Source: Microthyrium microscopicum (taxonomy: Eukaryota). From it: 64,000 nt of DNA. Both the position numbers and the translations under genes were made by a program. Of the stretch, positions 1 to 10,054 are shown in pieces; the stretch's first letter is position 1, and every line of letters begins with the position of its first letter. The notes beneath the pieces are model-generated. The model did no database searches and was not told the origin of the DNA. It saw nothing but the letters and a program-made list of their open reading frames with translations. The stretch lies in NCBI GenBank assembly GCA_010405405.1, contig MU004234.1:664993-728992 (forward strand). The letters run 5' to 3'.

Positions 1-93
1 TCTCCCCTTTGTGACTGAAGCTTCTTCCGTCTGCCCCTCAACTTCTATCTCCTCTCAACTCCTGGCAATTTGCTGTCACATTAACACGATCAA

Positions 94-2499
94 ATGGCTG
101 GCGGTGAGCTAGAAAAGGGCCCTTTTGTGGCATCGGCATCTGGCAACATGTCTCCAGATTCCGAAGAGGCTCGCAAGAAAGGTGTCGGTGTCGGAGAAGC
201 TGCTGACCTGTACGGCTCTATCGAACAAGCACAGGAATTTGGCTACGTCGAGCGAGGGTAAGTTATCCAAGAGCAGTGGTATACTCCCATCAAATGCAGT
301 GTCTCCCATCAACTGCAGTGTCTCCCATCAATTGCAGTGTCTCTCATCATTCTCCGCGCTCTCCTCTATCTACTAGTGGTTTGGCTGCCATGAAGATGTT
401 CAAATTGTAGTTCTTGATTGAATGCAATGGGAGATATAGCAATCTCTAGTTGAAAAGAGTGATGGAAGCCAGCAGGTACCTTGATGGGAGTTTGCCGCCT
501 GGCCCTTCGACAGCTGCCTAATATGTTGAACCAATGCTAACTTATATAGACTGAAATCTCGACATATTCAATTCATCGCTTTGGGTGGTACCATTGGCAC
601 AGGTCTTTTCCTTGGAATCGGTGGCGCATTCGCCAAAGCAGGCCCTCTCGCAGTACTCCTTGGTTATACCTTCACCGGATGCGCAGTCTACGCCATGATG
701 CAATGTCTTGGTGAAATGGCTACCTGGATGCCTCTTCCTGGTGCTATTCCTCAATACTGCTCTCGCTACGTGGACCCCGCTCTTGGTTTTGCTGTTGGCT
801 GGAATTACTGGTACTCATGTGCAATCACGCTCTGCGCTGAAATATCCGCCGCCTCAGTTGTCATAGGCTACTGGAAAGAAGATCAAAAAGCCCTCGTCGC
901 CGCCTGGATTACAATTATCATCCTGCTAATTATCGCCCTCAATATCTTTGCGGTACGGATATATGGTGAAGCGGAATTCATCTTCGCCTCGATCAAAATC
1001 ATTACCATCGTCGGCTTACTTCTCATGGCTTTTATATTGGATCTTGGTGGCGGACCCAACCATCAGCGTCTCGGATTTCACTACTGGAAGGACCCTGGCC
1101 CGATCAAGCAATACCCTAAGGACGTTGCAGGTAAGATTTTCTAGTTGTCGAACCACGAAGATACTAAGCTCATCGTGTTTCCCGTCAATATCATCATCTA
1201 TGTCTGCCATATGATGCGTTGCCGATCAGATGTCATGAGTCCCATCATACTCGATGGCTTCACAGTGTGCTGTGGTAGTTCATTCTGTATGATGGGAATT
1301 TCATTGGAGAACTTGTTGACTTTGATCATATCTGTTCGTAATGTTATGCTGACAACTTATAGGGCCCACGGGACGCTTCTTAGCAGTATTTTCTACTCTT
1401 GTTCAGGTAAGACTTTCTAGTGTTCAACCCTTTTCTTCATAGTTTTCAAAATACCGCTACTAGTGGTGACTGCCATTGCACGCGATGCCTCCCATTAATG
1501 CGATGGCTTCCATAACGTTTGTTACGATTTCACTACAGATGATCAAAGGGTCTCCCGGAAGCGTTGTGTCGCAGTTTATGATCTCATACTAACCAAATTC
1601 AGGCTGCTTTCTCATATGGAGGTGTAGAAATGGTCGCCATTGCTGCTGGCGAAGCCGAAAACCCGCTCAAGAATATTCCCAAGGCCGTTCGCCGCGTCTT
1701 TTGGCGTATCCTTTTCTTTTACGTGCTTGGATCTTTGGCTGTCGGAGTTCTCGTTTCATCCAACGATCCAGACCTTCTCAGTGATAGACCAGGCGCATAT
1801 GCCTCTCCATGGGTCATTGCGATCAAACGTGCCGGCATTCGAGGTCTCGATCACGTAATCAACGCCGTTATCCTCACGTCAGCAACTTCCTCCGCCAACG
1901 CGTTCTTATACACTGGATCCCGATATCTCTTTGGTGTTGCCCAAAATGGACATGCACCCAAGGTCTTTCTCACGTGCACCAAAGCTGGTATTCCTATTTG
2001 GTGCGTCGCCATTACCGCAATCGTCTCCCTTCTTTCCTATTTGAGCGTCTCCAGTGGCGCCAACAGTGTCTTCCTGTGGTTTCAAAATTTGGTCACGATT
2101 ACTCAACTCTTCACATGGGTATCCATTTGCATTGCCTACCTTCGCTTTCGAGCAGCTCTAGTTGCCCAAAATGTCGATAGGAACCGGCTGGTCTTCAAAT
2201 CGAAGTGGCAACCCTATACCGCCTGGTTCGCACTTGTCTATTTCACCATAATCATCATTTTCAATGGGTTCGTGGTGTTCATAAATGGACATTGGACCGT
2301 CCAGGACTTTCTTATTGCGTACATCAATATTCCCATCTTTGTCATCCTCTACCTCTTTTGGAAGGTTCTTAAGCGTACGCGCTTCGTGCGTGCGGAAGAG
2401 TCGGATATATGGTCTGGGAAGCATGCTGTTGACAATGAGGTATGGCCAGATATCCAACCGCGGAATGTCTGGGAGCGCATTTGGTTCTGGATTGCATGA
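94..2499 (+). CDS. Amino-acid permease (APC/YAT family, proline-permease-like), ~561 aa; exons 94-257, 550-1130, 1363-1406, 1603-2499
   Basis: Spliced translation gives RGLKSRHIQFIALGGTIGTGLFLG, GEAEF, FSYGGVEMVAIAAGEAENP and about 12 TM segments. Three GT-AG introns with branch points; total exon length is divisible by 3. Confidence 0.95.
284..350 (+). repeat. 19-nt tandem repeat (CTCCCATCAAnTGCAGTGT x3 plus a partial copy) in permease intron 1
   Basis: Units start at 284, 303, 322 and 341 (partial); read directly. Confidence 0.95.
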
Positions 2500-2633
2500 T
2501 GGGGTTGCGACTCTTATGTTTTGTTCCTCGTGCTGATTTATGTACTCTTAATGCTGTTCACAAGCCTACGAAGGACCCTCTCTGAATGAAACACTATTTC
2601 TTCTCTTTCAATCGCATGACAAAATAAGTAGCA

Positions 2634-2796
2634 TTCTCCCATCAGCTTCGCTGGCTCCCACACAATACGCTCTGGTATCGAGTACTTTATATACCATAGA
2701 GGGCGTTTAGATTCAGATATTTTATCGCATGCGATGGAAAATATAATACTTCTTAATCGAAAGCCTTCGTGGGAGCCAGCGAAGTTGATGGGAGAA
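2634..2796. repeat. 28-bp inverted repeat (hairpin or MITE-like) downstream of the permease
   Basis: 2634-2661 TTCTCCCATCAGCTTCGCTGGCTCCCAC matches the reverse complement of 2769-2796 at 27/28 positions; the exception is a G.U-compatible pair. Confidence 0.93.
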
Positions 2797-3129
2797 CGCC
2801 AATTATGTTGTCCTGCGGTTGATTGCGTTGGCATCAGAAAATGCTTGCTTGGAACCATGGCATAACGTGGTTTTCAAGACTGTATCAATATTTCTCACCA
2901 CGATAATCTTTCAGGACAGGTAAGGTCACAAACGAAAACGATTCGCTCTTCGAGACGATGCTCAACTAACGCGGGCTTAACCAGAACCCATTCCAGTCAT
3001 CATCGTCGAAACATCATCAAAGAGCCGTTATCAGGGACCGCTGTTCATTGGCCTTCAAAAACAACCATCTTCAAATACAATCACTTTCCCAAGCGACCAT
3101 CATCCAATGTAAACACCATCATCAAATTT

Positions 3130-3504
3130 ATAAAGATCTCCACCCTCACACCCTTCACAGCCTTCCTCTCCTCTCTCGTCCTCGCGCGGCCTAGATGGCA
3201 CTGCACACGACAATTAGACAGCTCTCGCCCCCATCTTTGGCAGCGAGACCCGCACATCACTGTCTATCGCTACGCTATCGTCGTAAATGAAGGTTCGGCT
3301 CTCGAAGGTCTAACTTATATTGGCGACCGTCAGGGATGCAGTGTTCTGGAGCATCTGCAGCGCGACACGACCGCCGAGTATGGAGCTATGCGAAAGTGCT
3401 GCGTGTCGCAACAGCGATGCTTTGCTAATGGAAGCAAGAGTGGTGATGAGAGCAATGAGTGTGAGCCTATGCAGTTTAAGGACCGTTTGGCGGATTTGAG
3501 CTAA
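3130..3504 (+). pseudogene. Probable pseudogene of the small secreted Cys-rich family (paralog of 4810-5217); start codon reads ATA and the first CC pair is lost
   Basis: Open frame (I)KISTLTPFTAFLSSLVLARPRWHCTRQLDSSRPHLWQRDPHITVYRY...GLTYIGDRQGC...YGAMRKCCVSQQRCFANG aligns by eye with HCT...SRGHAWRRDPITTSYCC...GLVYSGEVRGC...MKDCCVEQGRDFANG. Confidence 0.8.
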
Positions 3505-4203
3505 TTAGAGGGCCTGACTGCGAGGAGGCATTAGGGGTGAGTGAGCGGTGAGATTTTGGAACGCTTTAGCGTGTAGATTGCTCTGGTATGGCACAGAAGA
3601 GATTTGGGGTATAGAGGGCGTAGCAACGGCGCAGGTGGGACAGCAATGTGGAAGTGATAGCAGAGTATGGCCGGGCGGGCCGGGCATCAGGTAGCGGAGA
3701 GCCATGATATTAGCTCACATATATAGTCACATCCATTCTATGAACATCAAAGTACGGCCATTACGTGGACGATGGATGTTTGGGCCATTATCGCAGGTTT
3801 GCTATCGTTTATCCGTAGATCCGGTTTCGTGTGGTCACTGGATGGATCTCCCACCAGCAGTGAGCACCGAGTCATAGATACTTAGTTTGTACAACCACCT
3901 GCTTAACTTGAATACTTTGTTCCAGTTGTACTACGATATGAACACTTGGAAGTCTGATATGTCGTGAAACGGTCATTTGAATGTCACTTCACTGCGCTGC
4001 CCTTCAATACTCTTCAGTGTTCTCGCCAAACAGTAAATACCATCACATGAGAACAGACCAAAATTTATAGGGAAACTGTGGGAATTGAATCAACATCGAC
4101 CTTTTAAGTTTACAACAACGATATAAAACTGCCTTCAACCTCCTCTTTGTACCCAAGCAAAGCACCCAAACCATGTCTATGTATCGCCCATGACCCTCAC
4201 AGC

Positions 4204-4569
4204 CTAAGTTCCTGGCACGGTATACTTAATATGGAATATTTCATCAGTCCAGTCTCCGCTAATTTTGATGCAACAGCCTCTGAGTTTGTGACGCCTGCCA
4301 AAGTCCTTCTCGATGCCGTAATATTCGTGCGTAATGCAACCCGCATCCTCAGGGCGATAGTATATGCCTTTACGGCCGTAAGAGGGATCGGACATGATTT
4401 GGTCGCAGCAGCGTTTTGAGGCCACGAGGTCCTTTGTGTAGATGTGTCCGGGAGGAGCATTTTTGACGCCTATGGTGCAGTGTGTGGTGAGATAAGGCAG
4501 CATCATATCCCAAGCACTGGCGAGGAGTGGGCAGAGGAGGGCCGTAGTGACGAGGATGAGGTGCTTCAT
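4204..4569 (-). CDS. Small secreted cysteine-rich protein, effector candidate (121 aa)
   Basis: Signal-peptide-like MKHLILVTTALLCPLLASA; HC...CC...GC...CC pattern shared with neighbours; intronless. Confidence 0.85.
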   Translation of the reverse strand: MKHLILVTTALLCPLLASAWDMMLPYLTTHCTIGVKNAPPGHIYTKDLVASKRCCDQIMSDPSYGRKGIYYRPEDAGCITHEYYGIEKDFGRRHKLRGCCIKISGDWTDEIFHIKYTVPGT

Positions 4570-4809
4570 GGTTTTGACGATGGTGACCGGAAGAGTATGT
4601 GTGTTTTTATGTATTTGTGTATTGCGGGGTTTTGTTGATTTTGGTAGTTTGTATCTTTGTCAAAGACGAGGGGTGTATTTGTATGCGTAGCAGGACCGAA
4701 AAGACACGTATGTGGTGAGAGAGAATGGTAGGTTGTTTGAATAGTCCCAATCTTTACCAAGCCAAGCTGATCCCGCTTCCCATAACGGACCAACGGTAGG
4801 TATAATTGA

Positions 4810-5217
4810 TCAGATCCCTTGGTACTTAATCGCCACTACATGAGCGACATTCTCAGGCAAAGAATCCATGGCTGGGTAATTGTTGTACATGTCGCGCTCC
4901 AGAGTACCATTCGCAAAATCCCGACCTTGTTCCACGCAGCAATCTTTCATGATTTTGTACCTGCCTGATTTATCGAGTTGTTCTTCCTGGAAATTGCAGC
5001 CTCGAACCTCTCCACTGTAGACTAAGCCTGTGGAAGATGCTTTATCGCAGCAATAGGATGTGGTGATGGGGTCTCTTCGCCATGCGTGTCCACGGGAGGC
5101 CCACACGTTGTGGACCAATTTTGTGCAGTGCATGCCATTATGAGCCGACGTAAGAGCGGTAGTAGTGGTGACGAGCAGAGAGAGGAGAGCTAGGATAGCT
5201 AGCAGTGTGGTCTTCAT
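4810..5217 (-). CDS. Small secreted cysteine-rich protein, effector candidate (135 aa)
   Basis: Starts MKTTLLAILALLSLLVTTTTA (signal peptide, ATG at 5217); HC...CC...GC...CC pattern. Confidence 0.85.
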   Translation of the reverse strand: MKTTLLAILALLSLLVTTTTALTSAHNGMHCTKLVHNVWASRGHAWRRDPITTSYCCDKASSTGLVYSGEVRGCNFQEEQLDKSGRYKIMKDCCVEQGRDFANGTLERDMYNNYPAMDSLPENVAHVVAIKYQGI

Positions 5218-5990
5218 GGTTTTGGTCGATGGTTGTGTTTGATAGTGACGTCTAACGATGATATCTGATACTGGTAGATGACAGTTGAGGTCCGGATCGG
5301 TCATTGTATTGTTCAATTTGTTCTCTTGCGCATTATATTCGAAAGGGAACGGAAGTTCTTATAGACACGGCGCAACCATTCATGGCTGGAAAGATTGGTA
5401 CTGTTGTTCAACCACGGTTTAGAATGTTCTACAATACCAAGGCCAGACTCATGCCTTCTCCCTCTAAAGGTTTTTCAACATATCACTACAGCTTTATGTC
5501 GACAACATTAAGGTCTGCCAGTCCGCAACTCTTGAACTTGGCTCATCTCTGAGGCCTCGACCAGCTCTTCGCAACACTTAACCTAGGAATTCTTTTGTGG
5601 AAAGCTTCATTTATCGTCGAAGTGGACATGAAGGCCTAGTATTAGATTGTACCGCATAAAGTTTTGCAAAAGTTCTTGACTAGAAGGTCTGTTTGAAGAT
5701 GTCAAATGACATTATATACATAATCAATGTAATTTTCGTTGATTAGTTTTTTTGTCTCGTTGGCTAGTGCTTCCCTTTTAGTGCCTTCTAATAAAGTCGG
5801 CAGGCATCAGACAGCAGACGCGATTATGTTCATGTAGTGAAAAAATGAAAGTATTGCTAAAGCACCCCAAGCCATTTCCAACACCATGCTGCGTAATATC
5901 GACAAATCCATTCTCCTTCTTCAAAGTTACATGTGAAAAGAGAATTTCTCCTCACCAACTGCTCTTCCTCGCATTCCTTGCAGCATTGAC

Positions 5991-6638
5991 TCAAGCAGTA
6001 CCATAGTTCACATTATAACGGTTGTATGATGTGAGTACTTGTGTACCTAATTTTTGCACAATACTGTAATCCAGCTTATGTGCCTTGCAGCAGTTCGCCA
6101 TGTGTTCGAAACTGTACGTTTTGTCCCCTCTGGAGCTCTCCGGTCTTTGACCATATACCATGTTATTCTCTGCTGGTTTAGTCTTGTTGCCAGCGCATCC
6201 CAGTCCTTCAGGCTGAAATACCAGGCCCGGCTGCGCGAGACAGCACTGCTCAGTCGTGGAATTGACGGCGTTGGCCCGAATTTTGCCCGACCACGGGGCG
6301 CCGGCGGTTATGCAGTTGATACCTATATTCTTTCTCCACATCAAAACCCATGGATTGGATACTTTATATCGTGTGTGTCCTGCGCGCTCCCTTTCACGCT
6401 TTGCTTCATGTTCGTATGCATTCGCGACCGCGGATCCTGTGACGTGAATGGCTGCTCCTGCGACTGAGCCGCCTATGATGCCTATGATCCCAAGGATGAG
6501 AGGAAGTATTTTAGTACCCCTTTTTTCGTGGGATACGGCAGTCTCGCTGCTGCTTTTCTCGGACGGAACTGGAGCAGCGCTGCTCAGTAGAAAAGATAGC
6601 GAGCCTAGGAGAAGCACGATACTAGTCGATGGCTTCAT
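5991..6638 (-). CDS. Secreted prepro-protein with two KR sites and a C-terminal C-CC-C-CC domain, effector candidate (215 aa)
   Basis: Signal peptide, EKR and AKR dibasic sites flanking a hydrophobic segment, then NC...QCC...GLVF...GC...MANCC. Confidence 0.85.
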   Translation of the reverse strand: MKPSTSIVLLLGSLSFLLSSAAPVPSEKSSSETAVSHEKRGTKILPLILGIIGIIGGSVAGAAIHVTGSAVANAYEHEAKRERERAGHTRYKVSNPWVLMWRKNIGINCITAGAPWSGKIRANAVNSTTEQCCLAQPGLVFQPEGLGCAGNKTKPAENNMVYGQRPESSRGDKTYSFEHMANCCKAHKLDYSIVQKLGTQVLTSYNRYNVNYGTA

Positions 6639-7458
6639 GTGGGTGGAGTCGGACTGCTGGACTTGGAGCTAGCAGGTTAAGTTTGGAAATTTGAGAGTTT
6701 GAGGATTTGGGATTTCGACGATGTGAAGTTTGGAGATTTGGGTTTCTGAGGACTGTGGATTTGAAATTAAGAAAATGGTTTCCAGCGTGTAGTGGTGCGG
6801 TTGTACAGTGCGGCGGTGTCTTGGTCACTTATAGTCTTCGTGAGTAAAAAGATCTTTCTGCACACAGAAAAAGTTCAAGTTTGGTAAAGTATATATGTTT
6901 AGGAAGATATCCCTTAGCGTACCAGTTCATATATTGCCCCTCCTAGGAACCGAAGATCAGAAATCAATACACTATCGAAACCTCAACCATAGCACTTTTG
7001 AGAGTTGATTCTAGTGTTTCTTTGCTCGTACCTATCAAAGTCAATCTTTACCTCAGTCTTGGACCACGGACTGATGGTCCGGCTGGCCTAGTGCACGCTT
7101 GGAACGTCTAAAGAGGTATGTTAAGGTTCTATTGCGCTTGACAGGCTGGTTTGGTGAGTGCCACCAGAATTTGTAGATCGTGATGGTCTTTTGGTGAAAG
7201 AATGGAGAAAACATCATTTTTGAGGCTTCATTCTTCAACAATGATCTAGATGCTCTTATGGCAGGCATAGAAGACGGCGTCCATCAGCTCCAATGCTGGA
7301 CAAGGCTGAAGATATAAGGCTGACGATTGGACAGCCAATCAACAGCCAGCGGAAATCAGCCCGATATTTCTAAAATCCGAACCTAAATTTTTTATTTCAC
7401 CATCTTCAACTCTAACATCACAAACCAAACCCGCAAATTCCACACATCACATCTCACC

Positions 7459-8191
7459 ATGGGTCGCGAACTTCAAAAGAGAAAACGCCGTTCTGGCGCA
7501 CAACCCGTCCGTCGACCCCCAAAGAATGACAAGAAAATCCTCAACAATCCCTACATCCGCGATAACTGGTAACTTAGCCTTCTCATGCACTCACACCCTA
7601 CTATTCAATGCTAATTGTTGCGCGCCACACAGGAACAAGAAAGAAACACTCACGCAAAACTACCGCCGTCTAGGCCTCGTCGCCCAACTCAACAAACGCG
7701 CCGGCGGAACTCACAAACCTACCGCCCTTGCCGACACTCCCCTGCCTACCAATCCCTTCGCCATTCTGCCCGGCACCACCTACTCCACCACGCGTATCGA
7801 AGAAGTGGCGCTTGAACGCGATGAAGCCGGCAATATAATCGTCGCTGATACCCCCGCGAATCCACTAAACGACCAGCTCAACGAGCTGGAAGAGGATGAA
7901 GAGAATTGGATTACGCCGATGGGCCACGTCGGTACTCAGACAAAGGGCGTGGCGCGAACGAGTGTGACGGAGGCATTAGAGCAGATGGCGCGAGAAGGGC
8001 GGCGGAAGAGGCCAAGGCATCAGAGTGAGAGGGAGGAGGAGTGGGTGGGCAAGTTGGTGGAGAAGTATGGGGAGGATTATGCGGGGATGTTTCGTGATAG
8101 AAAGCTGAATGTTATGCAGCAGAGCCAAGGGGATTTGAAGAAGAGGGTGAAGAAATGGTTGGTGAGACGGGAGATGGAGGAGAGTGATTGA
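7459..8191 (+). CDS. NOP16: Nucleolar protein 16 (60S biogenesis); exons 7459-7568, 7633-8191
   Basis: MGRELQKRKRRS...IRDNWNKKETLTQNYRRLGL and LVEKYGEDYAGMFRDRKLN are Nop16 hallmarks; 64-nt GT-AG intron. Confidence 0.92.
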
Positions 8192-8368
8192 TCTGGTTTG
8201 CACGCTGGGGATACGATGAATATGAGGATTATGCTTTGTACTTCTTTCTTAAGTGTGCAGCTTCTCACGGGTCTACGCTGAGCATTTTCAAGCGGTCAAT
8301 ATTGCATTGACAAGTGACAATGCTATCTTTGGTTCTACGCGGTCCATACTTGACGGATCAGAGAATAG

Positions 8369-8445
8369 ATCCGAGCTGAAAGTCGACCTGACTGATACTG
8401 ATGGACTTGAATCCGAGTCGAAAGTCGACCTGACTGAGACCGATG
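8369..8445. repeat. Imperfect direct duplication with 42-nt period
   Basis: ATCCGAGCTGAAAGTCGACCTGACTGATACTGATG (8369) versus ATCCGAGTCGAAAGTCGACCTGACTGAGACCGATG (8411). Confidence 0.85.
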
Positions 8446-10054
8446 AATTACTCGAAGGTGCGCCATACGAAGCACATGCAGGACGATTTGTGTTTGGACA
8501 GACGGTTGCCTAAGGTATGGGCATCATGAAGAACTATAGTCGTGTAATGTTATGAAGATGACGAGTATACATATATCTTTCAACTTCATGAGTTTATGAA
8601 AGGAGTGAGACACAACTCAATGTCATCGGAACTTGCCGGGCAACCCCACCTTCGCAACATTGAAATTTGTACACAATCATCTCGTCATTCATTAAGTTTG
8701 TATCACTCGATTTTTCCAAAAGAATTTGAGGCAGAATTGACCTTGGATTATCAAGCTGACTCAAACGTAACATTTTATTATTCCAGATAAACCACTACAA
8801 CGTGTGTCTATACAGCATTTTACTGGTCAAACTGATAACCTTTATGCTGTTTAGGAGCAAGCACGTCTTGGTGGGGCAACCAGCAAAAAGTAAACACCAA
8901 GAACCCTCCCAAACTCTAACCACCAACCTTCCTCCAGAAATCATCGTACGGTGCCTCGCATGAGACTCTCGCGACCCTCCCTGTATGGGTGCCAACTTAC
9001 TGATCCTAGCTGCAGATCATTCCTTTGAAACATCGGCAGCGAAGCCTGGCAAAGAGAGGCTGATAGCCATTCTTGGATGCTCCAGATTTAGTGCCACCAA
9101 CAATCTCCAAAGGTCTGGAACCTAGAAACCTGGCAGAGGCGGTATCGCGTGGATGAGATCGATGATCGCATCATGGACACTTGAATCTCATGGAGTTTGT
9201 TCCGTAAGTGGACCCTGACGGGAAGCTTGAACGCATATTGCATCTTGATTTGGACAGACAACCGATCATAACATGTTCAGAGATACACATCAGACCCTAC
9301 CAAGCCGCGGCGTCGTTTAAGAATGCATGAGAAGCGTGTAAAGAACGCTTGGAGGGGTGCATTCGCAGCTTTCGGGCCCGGACTTGTGCATTGGTCCATG
9401 TCTTCAACACCAAGAACATCCCAGGATATCACTTGCCGCATCGCCCCAAACTCGATTAACCAACTCTCGACATAACCATGAATCATCGAAACCAGCTTCC
9501 CGCGCTGCTATCTCGCCCGATTACCAATAGAAGCCCCTCTCCATGCTTCCGTCGGCCTTCTAATTAACCCCGCTAACCCAGGGTCCCGGGAACCGTGGGC
9601 GAGGCTGCGCTGATTTTGTCCTCTATCCGCACCTTTCCAGGCTATCCTGTTGACCGCCTTGGAAGTTAAACCACCAAAGCTAGAAAAATAAAGGTTGACA
9701 GCACGCGGCAACCGGTTCCACCCGCACGCAGGCCTAAAGCCGCGGCGGGTCCAAACAAGCTCTCCCTGTCGTTGCATCTGCCTTCCATCGCTTCAGCTCC
9801 CCTGTCCGTTGCGTGCTCCTAGCCTCCTACCATGGTGGGTACAACAAATTCACCAATTGCCATTTCCGGCCTATTCATTTTCGTCAATTAGTATATATAC
9901 TTCACTCTGCCGCCTCGTGCTCGGCAAGGTTTCTAATGTAACTCCCAGACCCTTGTCACTCCGCCAGTCATTCTGGTATCGCGCCATCTTTATATCGCCA
10001 CAAGCAACAATCTCGATATATACAACAAACGAACATTTCTATTTCCTGCCCATC

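Noticed and set aside
284..350. CRISPR-like array
   Set aside because: The units are contiguous with no unique spacers; eukaryotic intron, no cas genes.
258..1602. TPP riboswitch or box C/D snoRNA in the permease introns
   Set aside because: No recognisable TPP aptamer core and no properly placed terminal C (RTGATGA) and D (CTGA) boxes.
9227..9490. 5.8S rRNA-like words (TTGAACGCATATTGC, TGAATCATCGAA)
   Set aside because: Short, in the wrong order and ~250 nt apart, with no flanking rDNA similarity.
9695..10054. N-terminal extension of the SIS ORF from a TTG start
   Set aside because: The region looks like promoter/5'UTR (TATATA at ~9892); the ATG at 10055 is the plausible start.
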